Assembly (NCBI GenBank): GCA_964016885.1
Contig: OZ024741.1
Location: 87,668,001 to 87,732,000, forward strand
DNA length: 64,000 bases
DNA from: Eledone cirrhosa
Taxonomy: Eukaryota
Direction of reading: 5' to 3'
Part shown: piece by piece, positions 40,250-52,332 of the stretch
Layout of the letters: the number at the start of each line of letters is the position of its first letter
How positions within the stretch are numbered: the first letter of the stretch is position 1
Notes under the pieces: generated by a model
The model's input: only the letters and a program-made list of their open reading frames with translations
What the model was told of the DNA's origin: nothing
Database searches by the model: none
Program-made: the position numbers and the translations under genes

Positions 40250-41600
40250 ACTGGGATCATTATGCTCCCTCTTTGTTTCTTTTCTCTCTCCTATGACTGT
40301 GGAGGCCCAGTCTACTCCTGAAGAGTTGTGAGCTGGAGTCACAGGGTAGTGTTAATGGAGGATGTGGTTGGGCGAGTCGGGCCTTCCTTTCAGCACGTCG
40401 CAGATCTTCTTCACGTTGACGGTTGCATTCGAAAGTCTCGGTTCCAGGCTGATTTGCAGCAACTGTATCAGATATCGTAAGGTTGATGTTGGCTTGTGTC
40501 AGGGATGTCTTTAACGGATCCTTGAAGCGTCGTTTTGATCCTCCGCGTAGCCTCCTCCCGTTGGCGAGTTCTTCAAGCAGGATGGTGCGACGGAATCGGA
40601 TGGAGTGCATTCTGGATACGTGGCCCGCCCAGTGAAGGTGATGCTGAAAGACAGTAGTCTCGATTCTGGGGCGAGACGCCCGAGAGAAGACCTCGATGTT
40701 GGTAATGCAGTCCTCCTAGTTAATACGGAGGATTCTTCGGAGCTTCGATTGCTCGAACTGCTCTAGATGCTTGATATCCCAACGATGCAAGTTCCACGTC
40801 TCGCAGCCGTACAGAATGGTGGAGAGGACCACGGCTCGAAAGACCATGATTTGGGTTCTTATGGTGAGGCTGTTATTGCTGAAGACCCGGTGCATGAGCC
40901 ACTTTGATCTTATTGTCAAGGTCTTTCTCGCAGGTGATGCTGTTCGAGAGGATGCTGCCAAGGTAATGAAATTCGTTGACGATTTCTACCATCTGTCCAT
41001 CGATGTTGATGCTGACGTCCGGTGTTGCTTGTCCGGGGCTGGCTGGACATTGACCTGCATTTCGAAATGTTTGTAAGCCCCTTTGTACAGGTTTGGCGAT
41101 AGTTTGATGGTAGTCTGGTATGCAGTCGCATTGTCGTCAGCATACTGAAGTAAGTTCTTGCACACAGGTGATGGTACTCTTTGTGTGAAGGCGAAGTCGG
41201 CGAGGTTGAAGAGTCCGCCATCGAGTGCTGTCAGGGGGGGGGGGGGCGTTAATCATGGCAGCGAGACATAGGGAGAAAAGTGTCGGAGCCTTGCTTGAGG
41301 TCACCGGTGATTAGAAAGGATCCGAGAGGGCACTGTGATGGTTCACCCGACCTTCCATTCCATCATAGAGCATACGGATCAGAGACACGAAGTGGTCTGG
41401 GAAGCCAAACCAGGTAAGAGTAGCCCACATTGCTGGTCTTAGGGGTTTGTCGAAGGCCTTCTGCAGATCCCAAAACATGAACATCAGTTGTTTCTGTTGC
41501 TCACGGCTCTTCTGCGGCTGTCTTGCACAAAAAACTATATTGACAGTGCTTCTTGAAGGTCGGAAACCACATTGGGATTCTAGAATGCACTGACTATATT
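40250..41600 (-). mobile_element. RTE-clade LINE fragment
   Basis: ESQCGFRPSRST, DLQKAFD, QYADD, ILYGCETW, RRLRGGSKRRFKD. Confidence 0.9.
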
Positions 41601-41634
41601 TCATCCTTATATCTTTCAGGAATGTCGTAACCAT

Positions 41635-41850
41635 GTCACGGTTTTACTTCATACCAATTATATACATTGCAAGCAATTTCAAGTCGTCTATAATGAAGCT
41701 ATACGTTAGATTAATGTTTCTGGTCTTCTGTGAACCAAGTACATACTCTTCATATTTCCTCACCATAAAGAAAATGGTGTTTACTGACATTATAAATAGC
41801 ATCACAGAGAGTTTGTCTCCTTGAAATATACACTTGGGATACTCTTGTCT
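41635..41850 (-). mobile_element. Older R4/Dong RT fragment
   Basis: CIFQGDKLS...FIIDDLKL. Confidence 0.7.
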
Positions 41851-41947
41851 ATCGTATGTATGTATGTTTTCTCTTTCTCTTAATTTCGAGTATATTTTTT
41901 TGACCGGCCACCTTCCTGGTGGCAAGGTTGTAAAAGAAAAGAAATTG

Positions 41948-43837
41948 TCATCCCTTGAATCGCAAGAATGTTTTGCACATTTTGAAGGTGCCAGCTATCG
42001 CAGCCATTTGTAGACTATGAATTAGGGAGCTGCGCTTTTTGTCCGCAAATCCAAGTTCGGTCATACTTTGGTCCAAGCGGGTTGGTATATAACCCGTAGC
42101 ACCAATAATGATGGGTATGAAGCTAAAGGTGTATCTTAGATACTGGATTTGTAAGCTCCTCATCAATGGTCCGTAGATGTCCTCCTTCTCCTGTATTTTT
42201 CTGACAACGTTTACATCAAGTGGGCAGATGATCTCCACAACAGAACACGTTTTCAATGTGTGGTCCCAAACTACAATATCAGGCCGGTTGTGCTTTAATT
42301 TGGTGGCAGTTTTTATTTTCAGGTTCCACCAGTATTCCTTAGTGCCATCTGTCTCAATATATTCTTCCTCGTTTGTTGTTAATTTTGTTTTCCGAAGTGC
42401 GTTCCAGATAGTTCTAGCTATCCCATCGTGTCTCATGGGGAGGTAGTAGCGAGATGACATTCTTTCACAGCTGGCAACAATGTGGCTTACATCCTCGATC
42501 TTTGTTTTACATAGCCTACATTTATTGTCAGCTGCTGGCCCTCCTCTTTTGTGCAGCAGATATTTGGTAGGGAGTTCTTGTTCCTGTATTGCATAGAGAT
42601 ATCCCTCAAGGTGTGATGTCATAAACTTGTCGGAACTCCATGCCAGGCTTTTTGAGTGGTTTATCCCCTCTATGGTCTGTGTTTTACGCCTCAAGTATCC
42701 ATGCATAACTTTCTCTGTAAATTGGTCAATTTTTTTTTCTTGTTTGAACATTGAATAGGATCTTCCGATTTCTCTGGGTGAGAGATTTATATCAGGCTTT
42801 ATTCCATATCTCTCCTCCAGATCAGTCGCTATTCTAATGATATTTCTTTTTTCATGCTCATAAACCTGAGCAAGATGGTCGCCAACCTTTTTCCTCTGTT
42901 GAAGGTGTTGCTTCAGTGTTACTATCCGGGTCTCATATGTTGTTAATATTGATTTTAGACCCCGGCCACCTTCCTTGCGTGAGAAGTATAGCCTATCCAC
43001 ATCACCATTGATGTTAAAGTTCCCAGTAACACTGAGAAGTTTTCGAGTTCTAACATCCATCTCACTTAGTTCTTGCAATGACCAGTTCAGTAGGCCAAAT
43101 GTTGGCGTTAGAATTGGCACAGCATAGGTATTGTGGGCAATGTATTTGTTGTATGCTGACAGTTCTGATGACCATATTTTTTTTACTCTTCTGAGGTATT
43201 CAGTTCTGGTTCTCTCCTTATTTATGGGTCCATCATATCTGACATTCTCATCCTGTCCAAGATATCTGTAGTTGTCACCTGACTGCAGAGGTTGTATTGT
43301 CAGGCCGTTCATATCTAGATTTCTAGAGGAGGGCACAGCTCTTCCACGTTTTACTGCCAAATATGCACACTTGGACTCACCAAATTTCATTTTGATGTCG
43401 GTTGAAAATTGTGTAATGAGGTCCAATTGTTTCTTGATGTCATTGATATTTGGCCCATACAACTTCAGGTCATCAACAAAGAAAAGATGGGAGATACTTC
43501 TGGGCCCACTTCTTTGTCCACCTTGTTTCCTGAGTAGGTAAGATAGTGGATTCAGTGAGAGAACGAAGAGTAGTACTGACAAGCTATCACCCTGAAAGAT
43601 GCCCTTCTGGTAATGTATCCTATCAGTCTTAACCTGCTCCTTCTCACCTCTAAGGATCAAATTGGTGTACCAGTTCTTGGTCAGGCGTTCAACAGCAGCT
43701 ACTAATGGTTGTGGGACTTTAGCTAACTGTAAAGCCTTAATAATCCACCCATGAGGTACACTATCAAATGCTTTTTGATAGTCCAGCCACACGACAGTCA
43801 TGTTTCTGCGATTCTTTGTTGTTTTTTCCTGAATCAT
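41948..43837 (-). CDS. R4/Dong-clade non-LTR retrotransposon: RT, CCHC finger and restriction-like endonuclease (5'-truncated, uninterrupted 629 aa)
   Basis: WLDYQKAFDSVPH, GIFQGDSLS, FVDDLKLY, CRLC...HIVASC, RHD, RPDIVVWD...VVE..CP; flanked by (TATG)n. Confidence 0.95.
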   Translation of the reverse strand: MIQEKTTKNRRNMTVVWLDYQKAFDSVPHGWIIKALQLAKVPQPLVAAVERLTKNWYTNLILRGEKEQVKTDRIHYQKGIFQGDSLSVLLFVLSLNPLSYLLRKQGGQRSGPRSISHLFFVDDLKLYGPNINDIKKQLDLITQFSTDIKMKFGESKCAYLAVKRGRAVPSSRNLDMNGLTIQPLQSGDNYRYLGQDENVRYDGPINKERTRTEYLRRVKKIWSSELSAYNKYIAHNTYAVPILTPTFGLLNWSLQELSEMDVRTRKLLSVTGNFNINGDVDRLYFSRKEGGRGLKSILTTYETRIVTLKQHLQQRKKVGDHLAQVYEHEKRNIIRIATDLEERYGIKPDINLSPREIGRSYSMFKQEKKIDQFTEKVMHGYLRRKTQTIEGINHSKSLAWSSDKFMTSHLEGYLYAIQEQELPTKYLLHKRGGPAADNKCRLCKTKIEDVSHIVASCERMSSRYYLPMRHDGIARTIWNALRKTKLTTNEEEYIETDGTKEYWWNLKIKTATKLKHNRPDIVVWDHTLKTCSVVEIICPLDVNVVRKIQEKEDIYGPLMRSLQIQYLRYTFSFIPIIIGATGYIPTRLDQSMTELGFADKKRSSLIHSLQMAAIAGTFKMCKTFLRFKG

Positions 43838-43920
43838 TTTGTTAGTTGTATGTATGTATGTATGTATGTATGTATGTATGTATGTATGTATGTATGTATG
43901 TATGTATGTATGTATGTATG

Positions 43921-45188
43921 AACACTAAGGTACTGAGTACCTTGATCAGAGAATTTTTATATGCAGATGATTGTGATCTCTTTGCACACTCCCAGAGTGA
44001 CATTCAATTCTTTTATGAATTCTTTTTCCAATGCGTGCAGTGCTTTGGGACTGACAATCAGTCTGAAGAAGACTGTCGTCATGTACCAACCTGCTCCGGA
44101 TAAAGTTTTCAATGAACCCTCCATATACGTATACGGTCAAAAGCTGAAGGCTGCTGACACATTTGTGTAATGGGGAGTACTCTGAGTGTGGCCGTTCTCT
44201 GGATGCAGAAGTTGGTCTACGTGTTAGTAAGGCAAGTGAGTCATTTGGAAGGCTCAACGACCGTCTTTGGTGCAGGCGAGGAATCACAATGAAGACCAAG
44301 GTGAGAGTGTATGCTGCATGTGTACTGTCAGCTTTGCTGTATGCATGTGAGACATGGGTTGCCTACAAACGGTACACTCAGACTACTCCCCATTACACAA
44401 ATTTGTCAGCAGCCTTCAGCTTTTGACCGTATACGTATATGGAGGGTTCATTGAAAACTTTATCCGGAGCAGGTTTCACCAGCAGTGTCTCAGAAAGATG
44501 CTCGGTATCAAGTGGCAGATGCATGTGAGTGATGTTGAGGTCCTTGGGAGAAGTGAGTGTCGGAGCATTGAGAGTATCATCCACCAAAGGCGTTTGAGAT
44601 GGACCGGACACCTCTGCAGAATGGAGGATGATTGAATCCCAAAACAACTCTTGTATGGAGAGCTTTGTGAGGATAAGAGACCACCTCACAAGCCAAGGCT
44701 CCGATTCAAGGATTGTGTAAAGGACTCATTAAAAAAAACTGGTTTGATGATGGCTGACTGGGAAATAGAAGCTCTTGAAAGAGAAACTTGGTGTGGAATG
44801 GTAAATCATGGGGTCCATAATTTTGAGAACAGACGCATAGAGCCGAGAAGATCAAATGGGATGTGCGTAAGCAATGCCCTGGTGTATCTCTCGAAACGGT
44901 TGGTGTCTCCATTGAATTGAAGTGCCATAAGTGTGGAAAGATTTGCTTGAGCAAATCTGGTCTCAGGAGCCAAAGTCGCAGCCATGTTCAAAGAGAACTA
45001 TGATCACCACAGTGTTGTGGGGGCTCACGGGCACCCTGATGCAGTACCTCAAGCCAGGGAGATCCATAGGTGTCGTCAGTGTGTGAAGGAGTGCAAGTCT
45101 CCAGCAGGCTTGAAAAGCCATATCCGAGCGTCACACATCTGAATCTGACAAACGATTGCACTACTCTTGGCAGAGTTTGCAGCCATCA
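43921..45188 (+). mobile_element. RTE-clade LINE 3' portion
   Basis: EFLYADDC, LLYACETW, RRLRWTGHL.RM, C2H2-like tail; contains an internal inverted duplication. Confidence 0.9.
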
Positions 45189-45199
45189 TATGTATGTAT

Positions 45200-45725
45200 G
45201 TATGTTCTTCTGGTTTTATAATTTCACAAATGTTTGCCAATAGAGAGATTCTGTTTCTAACATAGACACAAGACTCTCTCTTGGAATTTACACATCAACT
45301 AGGTAGATATATATGCATGTCTGCATGCATGCATGTCTACTCATGGATGGATGTTATTGTATGTGTGGATGTGGATGTTTTGAGTTGTATGTGTGCATGT
45401 GTATATGCTTAGTATCTGTACATGTGTAGATGCAATTATTAGATACAATATGTTTGGAATGTTTTACATATTTTTACTGTTCTATTAATGGATTTTACTT
45501 GTAATTTCCTAACTAGTTGTGTTCTTTATGTTCCTGTGACGCCCAGCTTCTCAAGATTTGTAATGAGGCAGTTACTAACATATCCCAGTGACTCAATAAT
45601 CACAGGCATAAATCTGAAGGTATAATCAGGGTGGAGTATCTGCAGATTTCTCATCAGTTCTGCATAAATATTCTCCTTTTCGCTAATCTTTGATATTGTA
45701 TTGGCATCTGCTGGACAGCTAACTT
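45200..45725 (-). mobile_element. R4/Dong RLE C-terminus plus 3' UTR
   Basis: Encodes ENIYAELMRNLQILHPDYTFRFMPVII, homologous to 55577-55770; bounded by (TATG)n. Confidence 0.75.
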
Positions 45726-46569
45726 ATGTATGTGTGTGTGTATGTGTGTATGTGTGTATGTGTGTATGTATGTATGAATGTATGTATGTGTGCATGTATG
45801 TATATATGTATGTATCCAATAAAGATTTCTTTTGTGGAGCGAAAGACTCCTAGTATTCATTAAGACATCTCTCTAGGAGAAGGTCACTCTGATATAAAAC
45901 CTGCAATTTCGTTTGCATCTAATGATGTAGACCAGTTCTTTTGGGGCAAATGCATTCGATGTTCAGTGAGTGGTATTGACCCCGTGCAAAGCCTTTCCTC
46001 TCTTAAAAAAAGCTTCAAGCACAGGCATCGTTTGATATGTGACATCTTTTGCAATGCATGGTATTGCTGGCCATAGGCAAGTCCCTAGAAGGACTAAAAA
46101 GCCAGGTCCGTGATGTTTATGCTTAAGTATCAAGCGATTACTCGAAATCGAGTTGCTGTTCGTATATATGTATTTAACAGCATGAATAACCAATGAAAGG
46201 TTATCACGTTAGTATGTTGTTTCTCTTAAGTGCAGAACCTCAAAAGGGTTTTGCCTAATGGTCTCATCGGACAGAATTTCAAAGACGTTATCACAGAAGA
46301 TAGCGTGCCCGAAGCAGTTACTTGCAATACAAATTTTATCAAACGGTTACTCGCAAGTGCAATTTCAGCTGGAGCTTGGAAGATCTTAGATAAGGTTTGG
46401 TTGTTTTGTTTTCTTATATATGAACATTTCTCTTTTGAAAGAAATCTGTATTGCCTTAAATTGCTAGTCAGTTGTTAGTTTCAAGGGAAGTGGGGGGGGG
46501 GGGTTTAAATGGTAGTTTTGTTATTTTATTTTGATTAAGTAGAGCATTTTTCCAAATTGAGAGCGTAAT

Positions 46570-46870
46570 TTACTAATATGAGGTACCAAATGCCGTAACA
46601 CGTTCTACGGTGGAAAACTCATCGCCTCGGCCACAAACCAGAGACAAAAGCCTTTAATGTAGAAGAGCGGAAAATAAACAAATATCGAGATTTAACAGAC
46701 TTCTTCCATTTTTAGACAGCTACCTTCGTGAACCCCGGTGCCCTCGGTCCACAATTGCCGTTTTCCTCCACACGATCGAAAGGGGTGTATCTCGCCGGAG
46801 CTGAAATGGCTGATACATCAAGCGTTGCTAGGTGTTTTCCGCAATAATGCTTTGGAAAGTTGTGTCGGTG
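46570..46870 (+). mobile_element. Possible CRE-clade RLE retrotransposon 3' remnant
   Basis: EERKINKYRDL...F...GALGP, resembling the RLE C-terminus of CRE elements. Confidence 0.4.
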
Positions 46871-47179
46871 TCGAGCTGATAAAATATACCGACTAGCCAA
46901 GAGTGTAGACTTTACTCCACCCCGTTTGTCTTCACTAGTTTGTTTTATCATTTAGTGTTTCTTTCTTACCCGCTTGTATCTCTCTTTTCTCTCTTTATGT
47001 CTATTAATTTAACTTTTTAATACTTTCATTGTCATTTAATTATGTTCACTAATTATTTTCTTGTAAATAAAGGTTTAGCGAACCTAAACATTTTACTTAT
47101 GCTGATTTATTTAAACTCAACGTTGAAACTGAAATTTGTATATTTCGTTTTGATAAGAAGTGCTCAGTGTTCTTGCGTC

Positions 47180-47181
<2 letters not shown>

Positions 47182-47277
<96 letters not shown>

Positions 47278-47298
47278 TGGGTGTGGGGGGGTGTGTGT

Positions 47299-47344
<46 letters not shown>

Positions 47345-47391
47345 GTGTGTGTGTGTGTGCGTGTGCGTGTGTGTGCGTGTGTGTGTGTGTG

Positions 47392-47464
<73 letters not shown>
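47182..47464. repeat. Compound (GT)n microsatellite
   Basis: Direct observation. Confidence 0.98.
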
Positions 47465-47466
<2 letters not shown>

Positions 47467-49125
47467 ATATACGTAGTCTATTTTATTCACCATATTACTG
47501 AATCTATGTACGTGAATTATTTGCTTTTTCTTGTTAATTGTTATAACATTTATAATTAGGAAGTTTTATAATTAGAAATGTTTACATGAGTTGTTTTGTT
47601 TCTCGCCATTTTTATAATTAGCCAAAAGGTAGAGACATTAATCTGTCCAAAATATTCACCTCCAATTTCGTTGATAGTGCGCAAAGTTTCTTTATCCGTA
47701 AATATTCGTAGATATTCGTAAAATTCTTTATTCGTAAATATTCACCTCCAGTTTCGTTGATAGTGCGCAAAGTTTCGTTATTCGGTTTTTTGTTTAATAT
47801 CACCATGTGATGTCTCTTCTTGAAACGTTTCACTGAGGATACATTTCAATTGGTTGTAATCTTCACTTTCCCAGTTAATGATACACTTATTATCGTTGAC
47901 GGAATTTTGATGTTGAAAGTCTGTTGTGAGACGTGATGTCAAATTTGTTGCTGATATGTTTGTTTTAAGAGAATGGTCGCGTTATTTGATGTTGGTGGTT
48001 AGCCTGACTTTGAAGCAACTTAGTAGCAAGACAGTCTGTGTAGCAGTGTGAATAACCAATGAAAGGCTGTCACGTTAACACATATTACCTAACAGTTCAG
48101 CGAAAGATTGCGTGCGAGAAGTAGTTACTTGCAATACAAATTATATCGAATGCTTAGTCACATGTAAAATTTGAGATGGAGTTTGGAGGATCTTAAATAG
48201 GGTTTGGTTGTTTTGCTTAGCGAACCTATACTTGTTACCTAGGCTGGTATATTTATTTAAATATAATAAAATAAACGTTGACACTGAAATTTGTTTATTT
48301 CCTTTTGATAATGAGTGCTCAGTGTTCCTGCGTCTATCTATCAGTGTGTGTGCGTGCATGTGTGTGTGTGTATGTATGTGCGTGTGTGTGTATGTGCATT
48401 TGTGTATGTGTAGGCGTGTGTGTATGTGTGTGCATGTGTACATATACAGTCTATTTTATGCAGCACAACACTGCATCTGCTATGTAAGAAATTATTCTTG
48501 TTTTTCTTGTTATATGAAATTTTTACATGAGTTTTTCTTATATCTTTCCCGTTGCAATCACCTTTTGTCTTTTATTTTTGTGTACAATTTGTAAGTTCGT
48601 AATATGGGTATAATATACTATAAAATCCTGTCAATAAAGAAACTATACACGATGTACCAAAAACTACGAGAAATATGTATATAAACACACTCACATTAAT
48701 ATATGTACGTATATGTAAACCTTTAAATATGTCTTATTTATGTATTTCTTCGTAAGTTGAAAAAAAAATGAACATAGCTCAAAATTTGGTCAATGTTATC
48801 ACCTTCAGAAACTGTTTACATTTCTCACAAATATGTAACCTAAAGAATTATATACTGATTTTCAATTTGTGGAGAAATATTTAAATAAGACATGTTTACA
48901 TGCTTTTAGTGCACATATCTCGTGGCTTCGGTTAAACACTGCATTGTCTCTTTACAAATACCAAGTTATGAGTACGTTTTAAAACTAAAAACCTGTTGCC
49001 GTATCATTCTTGTTTACATGTTCTTTTTTTTTTATTCTTGTGTTATGATGCGGTCTGGGTAATTTGTATATCAATGCAATTTGTGGTTGTTTTGGTATTT
49101 TGTAATTGTATAATTCAATGCATAT

Positions 49126-49194
<69 letters not shown>

Positions 49195-49237
49195 GAAGAG
49201 AGAAGAAACATTTAGATAAACTGCTTCTAGATTCCTC

Positions 49238-49303
<66 letters not shown>

Positions 49304-49417
49304 GAAAGGTATAGAAAACATTGTAGCAATAGCCAACAGTATTCCATAATATATAATATATATATATATTATATTATAATATATAAGATCAAAAGATGGT
49401 TAAAGGAGTTCCATGTA

Positions 49418-49484
49418 TTTTATTATGCGCATTTCAAAAACAAACATCATCATGCAATAATATTTGTGTTTTCATCAGATAAAA
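49418..49484 (-). ncRNA. Type I hammerhead ribozyme in the PLE 3' pseudo-LTR
   Basis: TTTTAT-CTGATGA-long helix II (ACAAATATTATT/GATGATGTTTGT)-GAA-ATGCGCAT-A-ATAAAA; same strand and ~1 kb downstream of the PLE ORF. Confidence 0.9.
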
Positions 49485-49943
49485 CAGGAGGACATGATAT
49501 GAAGGCTAAAAAACACTTGTGGATAGTGCAGTTTTAAATCAACATATGAAAAGTAATTTTAGATTGATGTGTGATATTGGGAAAAAAATATTTTATTTAG
49601 AGAGGGGGTAGAAAGGATGAAAAAGGGGGAGGAGATGAGAGTGAAGGTGGAGAGGGAGAGATGGGTGATAGAGAGAAAGGGATAGTTTTTATAACTGAGA
49701 AAAGATATATTGTTTTACATAAAGTGGTTGAAAACCGTTGGAAGATAATGTATAAATTAAAAGAATTTGAAAATTAACGAAGGGAAAAATATGTACGAGG
49801 AAGGAGAGGGAGTTAATATGTTTGAGATTAAAAAGTTTGATGATAGAGAGAAAAAAAATAATAATTGCGGATGAATATTCTAACGTCAAAAAAATGTGTG
49901 TGTGTTTACAAGTATTATGGCAATTTCAAAATTAACGAAGAGA

Positions 49944-50163
49944 AAAAATTATTAAGGTTTGTGTATTGAAGGATTTGAGAAAAATAATGTGAAGTTAAGG
50001 TTTGTATATTGAAGGAATTGATAATATGTGCGAAGAAAGAGTTAATATGTATTAAAAATTATTAAGGTTTGTGTATTGAAGGATTTGAGAAAAATAATGT
50101 GAAGTTAAGGTTTGTATATTGAAGGAATTGATAATATGTGCGAAGAAAGAGTTAATATGTATT
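49944..50163. repeat. 110-bp tandem duplication in the PLE 3' UTR
   Basis: ATTAAGGTTTGTG at 49951 and 50061. Confidence 0.9.
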
Positions 50164-50523
50164 AAGAATGAGTTAGATGATGGGGAGAAAAAAATAATAA
50201 ATTAAGGATGAATAATCTAGCGTCAAAAAAACAAATGTATATGTTATGAAGGATTTTACAAGGTGAAGATAGAATGAGGGTAATGAGTAAACAAGTATTA
50301 TAGAGTGTATAATACCCTTTGAAGTAAGGTAGGAAGATGGGTATATTTTAAAAGAGGTGTATGTATATGTGCCTTTGAGAAAAGATTCTAAATTGATAAA
50401 GAATTGAATATTAGCTGTATACTTTGTGAAAAGTCCTATGGAATTTATGCAAGCAGATAGAAAACAAATATGTACGTCTATTTATTATAGAATCTAGATT
50501 AGAGATAATGGTAAATTTTTCAT

Positions 50524-52140
50524 TTAGGCAGAGATTACAGATTTTAGATAGGATGCAGAAGAAACCTTCTTCCAAAAGATGGTATATTTAATGTTTTTGT
50601 CTTTCAAGGACCATATGAGTTCTGAGAGAGCCGTGTTGGTTCTTTTAAGTTTGTATTTAAAAGATGAATGATGATTATAGAGACGAGCTTTAAAAGAGGT
50701 GGAAGTGGAGCCAAAATAGGTGAAGGAATTGGTGCTAGTTGTAACTTTACATTCATAAATTAAGTTTTTATCAAGACAATGGTTGTTGAGAGGACATTTA
50801 TTTTTAATGCGGCAGTTGCAATTAGAGAGATTATTAATGAGTGACCTAGTGTTATCTATAGAAGGAATTGGATTGGAGAAGTTTTTTGCGATAGGAATAA
50901 TAGGAATAATAGTTTCTTGATTTAGAGTTGGATTATGAACATTTAGCGAAGTTGTGTTTGACGTTGTATTTGGGTTTACAGAAATTAGCCTAGGGTTTAC
51001 AATGACGTCGGGAGTACTATTACTGTTATTATGAAATTCAGTGTTGGAAGGAAGAGATTTAGTATTTAGTATTTTATTGTTGTGTTTAGAGATAATGTTG
51101 GAAATATTGGAGGATGTAGAATAAGAAAATTTTATGGTGTGTTTGTTAAATATTTTACTATAGATATGTGAGGGAGGGAAGCATTTATTTAAGGCACTAA
51201 AGAATAATTTAGGAATATTGTTATTAATAGAGATGGAGAAAGGAGCATTATACCAGATTATGTTTTTGTATCTAGGTCTTTTATTAAAGTTATTGGAATG
51301 ATCATGATTAATTATTCTACTGCAAGTTTTTCTAGAATTTGTTTCTTTACAATATTTGATTTTATCAGGATAGCCGGCTTTAGAAAGTGCGTTATTATAG
51401 TAATTGGCGTTAGCATCAAAGATGTTTTTATTAGAAGATATGTTAGATATTCTTTTTCCAATATTACTAACTATAGCATTCTTGATATTGGTAGGATGGT
51501 TAGATTTAAAGTTAACATAATTTAGGTTCTCATTGTTTTTATGGTAAGGGTAATATAGGCCAGTGTCAAGATTAAGAGATACATCCAAGAAATTAGCTAG
51601 TTTGATACTGTTATCAAATTCAATTTTTAGGTTATGTTGGTTAAAGAGATTACGTATATTGTTCTTAATAATATTAAGGTTAACTATATTGCAATTTAAG
51701 ATAGTAAAGAGTCCATCGTCACGATAAATTCCACCGCGAAGTTGAGGAATTTTCCGACTCAAAGAGTTCAAAATAAAGATACCAATTAAATCAGTCAATT
51801 GGGATGAATCGGATGCTCCCATTGTGATGTCGAAGTTGTTAGAGGTATCGGCTCTGGTCCAATATTCGTTGTTGAACTCTAGCATGGTTTTACGTGCGGT
51901 GAGGATGATGTGAAGTTCATCTGTGGTGATGTCAGAATATTTAAGTGCGAAAGATAGAGCATTATTGAGAAGTGAAGGCGAAATGGAGGAATAGTAGCTG
52001 GCAATATCAAATTGAATAAATTTTAGTTTGTTTTTATTATCCAATTTGTTGAACCAGCCAATCACTTCAGAAGTACCAAACCATAAATTTAGGTTCAAAG
52101 AAGAGCAATTAGAACTAACCTGTGGGATAATTCTATCCAA
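50524..52140 (-). CDS. Penelope-like element RT plus GIY-YIG (5'-truncated, likely frameshifted near the C-terminus)
   Basis: QFDIASYYSSI, MGASDS, GIYRDDG, FLDV, SNHP, CNCR..CPL..CL...IYEC...YFGST..FKARLYNH. Confidence 0.92.
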   Translation of the reverse strand: MDRIIPQVSSNCSSLNLNLWFGTSEVIGWFNKLDNKNKLKFIQFDIASYYSSISPSLLNNALSFALKYSDITTDELHIILTARKTMLEFNNEYWTRADTSNNFDITMGASDSSQLTDLIGIFILNSLSRKIPQLRGGIYRDDGLFTILNCNIVNLNIIKNNIRNLFNQHNLKIEFDNSIKLANFLDVSLNLDTGLYYPYHKNNENLNYVNFKSNHPTNIKNAIVSNIGKRISNISSNKNIFDANANYYNNALSKAGYPDKIKYCKETNSRKTCSRIINHDHSNNFNKRPRYKNIIWYNAPFSISINNNIPKLFFSALNKCFPPSHIYSKIFNKHTIKFSYSTSSNISNIISKHNNKILNTKSLPSNTEFHNNSNSTPDVIVNPRLISVNPNTTSNTTSLNVHNPTLNQETIIPIIPIAKNFSNPIPSIDNTRSLINNLSNCNCRIKNKCPLNNHCLDKNLIYECKVTTSTNSFTYFGSTSTSFKARLYNHHSSFKYKLKRTNTALSELIWSLKDKNIKYTIFWKKVSSASYLKSVISA

Positions 52141-52255
52141 GATGGCTTTACTAACAACCCCCCAGATCAGATTTAGAGGGGGCGATTAATCTAACAGGTA
52201 GTTCAGTGCGAAAATTGCTTTATTTTACTACAATAAAACTCACCTCCTACATATA

Positions 52256-52332
<77 letters not shown>

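Noticed and set aside
47042-47559. CV/HT-repeat ORFs (also at 9443-9982, 17717-17952 and the many IY-repeat ORFs)
   Set aside because: Artefacts of dinucleotide microsatellites
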